Shown: positions 58,104-64,000 of the stretch, piece by piece
Layout: each line of letters opens with the position of its first letter
How positions within the stretch are numbered: position 1 is the stretch's first letter
Source of the DNA: Nitrospira sp.
Lineage (GTDB): Bacteria; Nitrospirota; Nitrospiria; Nitrospirales; Nitrospiraceae
Assembly: GCA_047150005.1 (NCBI GenBank)
Contig: AP038806.1
Span: forward strand, 2,752,001-2,816,000
DNA length: 64,000 nucleotides
Direction of reading: 5' to 3'
Position numbers and translations under genes: made by a program
Notes under the pieces: generated by a model
What the model saw: only the letters and a program-made list of their open reading frames with translations
The model's database searches: none
Told to the model about the DNA's origin: nothing

Positions 58104-59591
58104 TCATTTCGGTGCGACGTAGACGTCGACGGTCAATTGGTCGCTGATACTGATGAGATCGGTCTCGAGCCCACGAGGATTGCCGATCCGTCCTTCGGGG
58201 TCGTACACAAAATACAGCAGCGTCGAGCATCGCTTCAGCGTTCGGCAATGCTCGATGTCGGCGCGCAACTGCTCCGTGAGGTCTCTGGTGTTCAATCCGG
58301 ACCTGGTCTTCTTCACGATGACGGCAAGGCAACCGTCGTTGAGCAGGAACATCGCGCGTGGCGTGCCGTCGGCATAGCCCGGCACCCACTCGCTTGTCTC
58401 GATGTCGTCGAAGGAAACTCGCAGCAGGGCGTGTAACAGATCCCGGGCATCGAGTTCGTCCTCGACGTTCAGCGTGGCGCGGTACTCGCCTCGAAGGCGA
58501 AGCTGCCGGGCGATCGTGTGGAACCGCTTGCAAAGGGATTTGACCGTCTCCGAGGGATCGGGTCCTGGGTCAGTTCCAGCTGAGGACTGTGGTTTCGTCG
58601 AAGGCGACGGCTCCGTGGACAGGGTCTTTGGAATCGAAGAAACGGGTACAGCCGCGGGCTGCTCGAGCTCCGGAGCGGCAAGCTTCGATTCGGCAACAGC
58701 GGGTGCCGCCGGTATCGGGACAGGTGGCGACACCGGCATCGATGCCGGTGGGGAAGGCGATGCAGCTGTGGGTGTCATAGTTTGGGATTCCTGCAATGAA
58801 GGTTGTAGAGGTGCAGCGGGAACCGGGGGACTGGGTGGAACCGGGTTGGGAGTAGCGAGGTGAATTGACTCAGACGTCGAGGAGGCGGGAGCTGGTGATC
58901 GAGGGACTGCCGTGGAGGCGGCGACCGTCTGCCGGTTCGCCGGAGCCTGAGGGGCCTCAATGGGAATAGATGAAAGAGGAAGCGGTACCGGTGGTCTCGG
59001 CGTTGGTTTCGGTGGATCAGATGCTGCCTGCTGAATGCCGGCTAGCGGCGTCGGCGGTACAGCCGATGGCTGAGTCATGTCCAGATTCGTGGTAAGGGCC
59101 ACGGACATCGTAATCGGGGGAGGTACGATAGGAGCCGCAGGGGTGATGGTTACCTGGGCTGTCGGAGTCGACGGAGGCACCAGTGCCAACGAGGGTCGCG
59201 ACGGGGCAGTAGGGGGTACTGGGGCTGGAGCTGACGCCTCAGCGATAGGGGGCGGAGGCTTCAGGCCTTGGAGTTCCAACCTCTTGTCCTCAAGGGCGCC
59301 GATGAGGCTTTTGAGGAGCGCGACTGTCTGCTTCGTGTCGGCCGGTGTCTCCACGGAGAGGCGATGTTGTCGGTAGGTTTGAAATTCCGGCGACTTGTCT
59401 CCAAACGTCTTCTTGATGCATTCCTTGAGTTGTAGTTCGGTTCGAGCCCGGGCGCCTTCCAAATAAGGAAATCCGTCGCGTCCCAGGTCTTCGATCTGCG
59501 GAATGAAGCTCTGAAGACGTTCGACTCCTTGAGCGATGTCTTCCAGCATCGCGGTTTTCGACCGCACGCGCTCTGCTTTTACTCGTGCCAT
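58104..59591 (-). CDS. Protein with long Pro-rich linker and C-terminal DpnII/MboI-like PD-(D/E)xK domain, apparently inactive
   Basis: RFH..ARQL...EDE.D..DLLHALL...FVYDPEGRI.NPRGLE.DL signature. Confidence 0.75.
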   Translation of the reverse strand: MARVKAERVRSKTAMLEDIAQGVERLQSFIPQIEDLGRDGFPYLEGARARTELQLKECIKKTFGDKSPEFQTYRQHRLSVETPADTKQTVALLKSLIGALEDKRLELQGLKPPPPIAEASAPAPVPPTAPSRPSLALVPPSTPTAQVTITPAAPIVPPPITMSVALTTNLDMTQPSAVPPTPLAGIQQAASDPPKPTPRPPVPLPLSSIPIEAPQAPANRQTVAASTAVPRSPAPASSTSESIHLATPNPVPPSPPVPAAPLQPSLQESQTMTPTAASPSPPASMPVSPPVPIPAAPAVAESKLAAPELEQPAAVPVSSIPKTLSTEPSPSTKPQSSAGTDPGPDPSETVKSLCKRFHTIARQLRLRGEYRATLNVEDELDARDLLHALLRVSFDDIETSEWVPGYADGTPRAMFLLNDGCLAVIVKKTRSGLNTRDLTEQLRADIEHCRTLKRCSTLLYFVYDPEGRIGNPRGLETDLISISDQLTVDVYVAPK

Positions 59592-59697
59592 GATGCGTGG
59601 AAAAAGTGTAGCGAAGGCCGCAGTCTCTGACAAGAAAACACCATAAAACTGACAGTCATGCGCATCTTCTACGCGACGAATTGCGAGCGAGCGGTTC

Positions 59698-59940
59698 CTA
59701 GGCTGCCGAGTCGAGTTCGGCCAATTCCTCGTCAAGACTCGAGGCCTGAGTCACGACGACCGGCGCTGCGACGACCATGCGCTCGCTATGTTGTTTCCGA
59801 CGATTCTGTTCTAGGACCGCGTCGAGCACATAACCGCAATTGATGCAACGCCATGTGGTAGTCCACCATTCCCCGCCACTCTCCAACAGATCCACGAAAT
59901 GGTCGCGAACCATGCAACCGTGGCAACGATGACAATTCAT
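59698..59940 (-). CDS. Small zinc-ribbon protein (CxxC...CxxC)
   Basis: MNCHRCHGCM...WRCINCG; AGGGAG RBS. Confidence 0.75.
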   Translation of the reverse strand: MNCHRCHGCMVRDHFVDLLESGGEWWTTTWRCINCGYVLDAVLEQNRRKQHSERMVVAAPVVVTQASSLDEELAELDSAA

Positions 59941-60237
59941 GTGGGGCTCCCTTCGACGAGGTTTTCGCGATCCGATAGTGAAAAAATATCCGACTTCCTT
60001 GAGCGGTGTTAGACCTGAAAGGAGTACCTCGGAAGTGGGGATGGTAAAGGGCTGTACGCTAAACTCGCGGAAACCACGCTGATAGAGGCATCCAGCATCG
60101 TGGGGAAATGACCTGTCGATGAAGTTGCTGCGGATATGGGCAAGCTTGCAGCAGATCAGGAGGGTAGGGGCGCTAGGGCTAGATGGAGGCGGTTGTCCCA
60201 TCTTGGTCGCTGATGCAGAACCGGAGTCCAAGTGAAA

Positions 60238-60549
60238 TCACCTGGACCGCTCCCAACTTTGCAGAATACGTTGCTGGTCGAAGGTTAGAACATATTCTTC
60301 GCAGCGAGAGTTTCCCACCATTCCAGATTGATTGGCAACAACGCTTCCCCGACAGATTCGATAGACCCAAACTTCACTGCCATCGTTCAACTGTTCTGTA
60401 CTACTGGGAGGGCCGAGCTCTTGGGCCACCGCATCCTGGTGGGCGTGTCCTCTTGCTTCCTCCAGATAGGCCGATATCCAGGGTGTACATCCGGTCAGAA
60501 CTAGAAAGAGAAGCGCGATGATACACAGTCGCATCAATACCTGGCACAC
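60238..60549 (-). CDS. Small BamE/SmpA-like lipoprotein
   Basis: Lipobox LTGC; VAQELGPPS...DGSEVWVY...LTFD. Confidence 0.7.
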   Translation of the reverse strand: MCQVLMRLCIIALLFLVLTGCTPWISAYLEEARGHAHQDAVAQELGPPSSTEQLNDGSEVWVYRICRGSVVANQSGMVGNSRCEEYVLTFDQQRILQSWERSR

Positions 60550-60714
60550 CTAAACGTTGCGCACATTCTAGATACATCGCCTCAGATGTCAATGTGACCT
60601 GGGGACTATGCCGCTATCTTCGTCTGAGCCGGTGAGCCGGGTTTTGCTGGCAGGAGGAGGAACTGACGATTTTCAGGATGGTTGTGTGACCACCTGATGC
60701 AAGAAGGGAAGGTT

Positions 60715-60791
60715 TGGTGCCCCCGACACGAATTGAACGTGCGACCCGCGGTTTAGGAAACCGCTGCTCTATCCAACTGAGCTACGGGGGC
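60715..60791 (-). tRNA. tRNA-Arg (anticodon CCT)
   Basis: Reverse complement GCCCCCGTAGCTCAGTTGGATAGAGCAGCGGTTTCCTAAACCGCGGGTCGCACGTTCAATTCGTGTCGGGGGGCACCA-type cloverleaf with encoded CCA. Confidence 0.95.
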
Positions 60792-60861
60792 GTGAGGGGT
60801 ACGATACTGAAGGCGGTCGAGAAAGTCCAGGCAAGGAATCCGCGAGGACCGGTCCGCTCCG

Positions 60862-62238
60862 TCAATGGGGCGAACGATCGCCATCGCCCGCCGAGCCGAA
60901 GAGTTCCTTTTTCGACGGGATCTGCTTGAGCAGGTCGGCACGAATTTGATAGATGCCCTGCAAGCGGTGCCCCATCGCGTAGACGAGTCCGTTGGATTGG
61001 CTGCCGAGGGAGAGTTTGCCGGCGAGCTTGCCGTCCTGTCCGGTGGCCACGAATTCCGCGGTAGGGGATACAAGACCATATGGAGCCAGGGGACCGGACT
61101 GTTTCATCACCCGTTCTTCGGCCGGCGCATTCACCACCCGGCTCACGAAGAGATCGGCGGTCTGTTGATTCACCTTGTCGGTCGGGCGGTCTTCCAACAC
61201 CCACTCGCCGCTCTGGTTGATCAGTACATAGTGTTCCTCAGCCGTCTTGACCGAGAGCATGGCGATGTCCGGCGCGTCCACGCCGAGCAGCCGTTTGTCC
61301 TGCAGATTGAAGAGTTCCTTCGTGAGATCCCTGATGGCCGTGGGATTGATGCGATAGAGCGGACCGTCTGTCGTCGTTTCGGCGATGGCCTCCCCGCTTG
61401 ACGGGTCCGGTTGATACAGCTTGACCGTCTGGTCGCCGTCCGTGGCATGGATGGTGACTTTCACTTTCGGAGCGTGAAGGGTTTTGGCCAATGTGTCGCG
61501 CTCCGGCCCGGGATCGACGATGCCGAGTGCCTTCAGGTCTTCAAGGCGGAACAACAGCATGCGGACTTCGTTCAAGTCGGCTTCGGCCTCGATCGGATAG
61601 CGGATCTTCCACTTCGGTTTCGGTTTTTCGTTCACGTTGTACAGGACGATTTCGGTCGTCGGGTATGTCAGGCGGATGCGGTCGACGTCACCCTTGGCCA
61701 CACGCAAAATGTCTTTGCGCCGGAAGGTCATCAGGCTCTTATTGACGAAGTCCTTCGGCGCCATGTCCGTGAGCAGCAGGGCATGGTCGGATTCCCGCAG
61801 GACATAGAGGGTCGAGGACAGGGGGCCGCTGTCGCCGATGGAGAATGTTTCCTTCGTGGCGCCGCTCGTGATCGTGATTGTGGTCACTGGAGAGTCGAGC
61901 CCGAATGGCGAAAGCGCAGTCGGATTCTGCTCGACCACCCGATGCACGGATCCCGTCACAAGGGCACGGATCAGGCCTTGGACTTCGCGTTGGTCCGCGT
62001 CGGTCTGAAGAGGAGCGGTCAACACCCAGCCCTTCTCGGCAGTCCGTTCAAACACCAGTTCGCCCTGATCGGTCTTGAAGATTAAGCCCGTCAACGCCTG
62101 CTGATCCAGCAGCAACACCTTTTTCTTTTCAACCGCGTGGCGCTCTTCGGTTTCTTTTGCCGGAAACTCGACGAGATATAGGTAAAGACCGAGACCACCA
62201 AGAACGAGGGCCATGAGCAGCGTGGGCCAGTATTTCAT
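60862..62238 (-). CDS. DUF4340 domain membrane-anchored protein
   Basis: N-terminal TM; repeated L.PFGL..P / L.PYGL..P units; follows a GldG-like gene. Confidence 0.85.
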   Translation of the reverse strand: MKYWPTLLMALVLGGLGLYLYLVEFPAKETEERHAVEKKKVLLLDQQALTGLIFKTDQGELVFERTAEKGWVLTAPLQTDADQREVQGLIRALVTGSVHRVVEQNPTALSPFGLDSPVTTITITSGATKETFSIGDSGPLSSTLYVLRESDHALLLTDMAPKDFVNKSLMTFRRKDILRVAKGDVDRIRLTYPTTEIVLYNVNEKPKPKWKIRYPIEAEADLNEVRMLLFRLEDLKALGIVDPGPERDTLAKTLHAPKVKVTIHATDGDQTVKLYQPDPSSGEAIAETTTDGPLYRINPTAIRDLTKELFNLQDKRLLGVDAPDIAMLSVKTAEEHYVLINQSGEWVLEDRPTDKVNQQTADLFVSRVVNAPAEERVMKQSGPLAPYGLVSPTAEFVATGQDGKLAGKLSLGSQSNGLVYAMGHRLQGIYQIRADLLKQIPSKKELFGSAGDGDRSPH

Positions 62239-62243
62239 GAGGA

Positions 62244-63773
62244 TTAGAGTCGGCGACGCTTCCGCCACACCGTCAGGCCGACGATGCACAGCAAAGCCGG
62301 AATGAGTATGACCTGCACGTAGAGTAGCGTTCGTTCCTGAACCGGATTGGGAATGAACGGCTTCAGCGCCTGGTCTCTGGGACCGATGGCAAGCAGCTCG
62401 CGATCATCCGCCAGCCATCCGGTGGCATGCAGCAGGAAATCGCTGTTGCCTGGGAAATTGACGAAGCCGTTGGTTGCGAACGTGCTGTTGCCGATGATCA
62501 CAACCCCGGCTCTGGGTTTGCCTTCGATGGGCGGTGCTTTTGGAGCCAAGGCCGCGGCCATTGGAAGCGGGCCCTTGATATCCTCCTTTTCGTTGAGACT
62601 CACCACACGGCCCTTTAGATCCGTCTCGGCCCAGCTATTGGGAGAGGTGCGCGCGAGCGGCACGAAGTCCCAATCCTTTCCCATGTGTTCATCGAACGTG
62701 ATATGCCTGGCGAGTGGGAAAAGTACGGCCGCGGTGAGGTCCTGCGTAATCTCATGTTCGGTGAAGGTGCGGACAAGCAATGCGGTGAGATCACCTTGTG
62801 CCAACCGGTCTTGCAGATCGACAAGCACTCCGGGACCGAGTCCGAGCCCCCAGCGGGACAGGAGGGGAGAAAGATCGGTCTGCGTATCCGGGTCCACCAT
62901 GAGCAGGAGTCGGCCTCCGGCCTCCAGGTACGTCCGGATGCGGTCAAGTTCATCTGGAGTGATCGGCTTGCGAGGCCCTGCCAGCACGAGGATGGCTGTG
63001 CCGTCCGGAACGGAAGATTGGGACAGCAGGCTGACCGAGTCGACTTGGTATCCCTGTCGGGTCAGCAACTCCTTGGTGGAGGAGAAACCCGTCCGTTCCC
63101 GGTCCGTGAGGCTGTGTTCCCCGTGTCCGTCCACGAATAGAATGCGTTTTTTCTCGTCGCGTGAGACGCGCATCAATGCGCCGGTCAGTTCCGCTTCGGA
63201 CGGATTGGTTGCGCGGATCGTCTGCGTGCCGCTCTCGAAAATGGCCGTGTCGGTTCTCGTGATCCCGTAGGATTGCGCCGCCTTCGGTTGTCGCTCCGGA
63301 TCGACGAACTCGACGGTCAGCTTCGAACTCGCCTGCCGATAACTATCGAGTCGTTCCTTGTAGGACTGATAACCAGGGTCTTTTTCTCGGGTGAAGACGG
63401 TGATCTTCACGTCGCGGGGCAGGCTGCGTAGAACCCGATGAGTTTGAGGCGCGAGCGAGAAGTGTTGATTTTCAGAGAAATCCCAGCGCACCGAGTGACG
63501 GGCGGACAGAAAGTTTACGATCACCAGAATGCCGATCAGCAACAGGCTCAATAGCAAACTATTGGTCCCGAGACGGGTCGAGCGACGAGATGAAAAGCTC
63601 TTCAGCGATTGGAAGTGAACGATAAAGAACGCGATGAGGCAGACCAGCGCCAGTCCTTCTACAACCGTCACGAGCCAGACTTTGTCGGGCGCGAGGCTAT
63701 AGGCGACCATGCCGGCGATTGCCAGCGCCGTTCCCAACACGCCCAGCGGCAGGGTTCTGAAGTTTATCTCCAT
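62244..63773 (-). CDS. GldG-like ABC transporter auxiliary protein
   Basis: RWDFSEN..FSL, EFVDPE, DGHGE, LVLAGP, GGRLL.MVDP, HEIT, GN.DFL; C-terminal TM. Confidence 0.88.
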   Translation of the reverse strand: MEINFRTLPLGVLGTALAIAGMVAYSLAPDKVWLVTVVEGLALVCLIAFFIVHFQSLKSFSSRRSTRLGTNSLLLSLLLIGILVIVNFLSARHSVRWDFSENQHFSLAPQTHRVLRSLPRDVKITVFTREKDPGYQSYKERLDSYRQASSKLTVEFVDPERQPKAAQSYGITRTDTAIFESGTQTIRATNPSEAELTGALMRVSRDEKKRILFVDGHGEHSLTDRERTGFSSTKELLTRQGYQVDSVSLLSQSSVPDGTAILVLAGPRKPITPDELDRIRTYLEAGGRLLLMVDPDTQTDLSPLLSRWGLGLGPGVLVDLQDRLAQGDLTALLVRTFTEHEITQDLTAAVLFPLARHITFDEHMGKDWDFVPLARTSPNSWAETDLKGRVVSLNEKEDIKGPLPMAAALAPKAPPIEGKPRAGVVIIGNSTFATNGFVNFPGNSDFLLHATGWLADDRELLAIGPRDQALKPFIPNPVQERTLLYVQVILIPALLCIVGLTVWRKRRRL

Positions 63774-64000
63774 CTGGTGGAATCGACGACGCGGTGCGCA
63801 AGAAACAACAACAGGATGATCGCAGTAGCAAAATATACGAGATCCTTCGTGTCCACTAGGCCGCGCACCAGGTGGTCATAGTGTTCCATGAAGGAAATGT
63901 AGGAGATGACTTGCCCCGCCGCGGTATCGCCTAGAAGAGAGCCGAGGCCTGCAAGGAGCCACAGGAACAGCAACAGGCCGAAGCTGACGAACGCCGCGAC
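63764..64000 (-). CDS. GldF-like ABC-2 permease (5' truncated by window)
   Basis: YISFMEHY..LVRGLVDTKDLVYF...RWR C-terminus. Confidence 0.85.
   Translation of the reverse strand, partial: VAAFVSFGLLLFLWLLAGLGSLLGDTAAGQVISYISFMEHYDHLVRGLVDTKDLVYFATAIILLLFLAHRVVDSTRWR

Noticed and set aside
59698..59940. CHRCH as a cytochrome c heme site
   Set aside because: It is at the extreme N-terminus with no signal peptide, and a second CxxC indicates a zinc ribbon
60715..60791. tRNA-Arg as the integration site for the accessory blocks
   Set aside because: No integrase and no duplicated tRNA 3' end were noticed, and core-like genes intervene

Overview
GC-rich bacterial chromosome segment whose gene set and style suggest a Nitrospira-like organism (inference). 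Housekeeping-type genes lie at both ends: apt, dksA-like, queC, cytochrome c, SPFH, MscS and PilZ on the left; DUF72, malQ, an NtrBC-like pair, tRNA-Arg(CCT) and Gld-like ABC genes on the right. Between them are two accessory blocks. (1) About 8.9-24.8 kb: gene scars (GT9 stub, RAYT transposase remnant), a lipoprotein overlapping a 3451-aa RTX protein with an N-terminal lipase domain, HlyB/HlyD type I secretion genes and a MazF-type toxin-antitoxin pair. This is a candidate T1SS-delivered lipase toxin with cognate immunity. (2) About 25-48.6 kb, bracketed by two paralogous LuxR regulators: TpsA/TpsB, an exported TPR-CHAT caspase-like protease, a CHASE2 class III cyclase with an atypical base-specificity pocket, DUF928, a class II-type cNMP phosphodiesterase, two PDE-like GAF histidine kinases and three paralogous stand-alone receivers. 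One 18-bp palindrome (consensus TCCCCTCAnnTGAGGGGA) recurs in the block's promoter regions. I propose this block is a self-contained trans-envelope protease/cyclic-nucleotide signalling regulon. An IS3-family element sits at its right edge. No CRISPR array or rRNA was seen. All family calls come from motif recognition by eye, not database searches.
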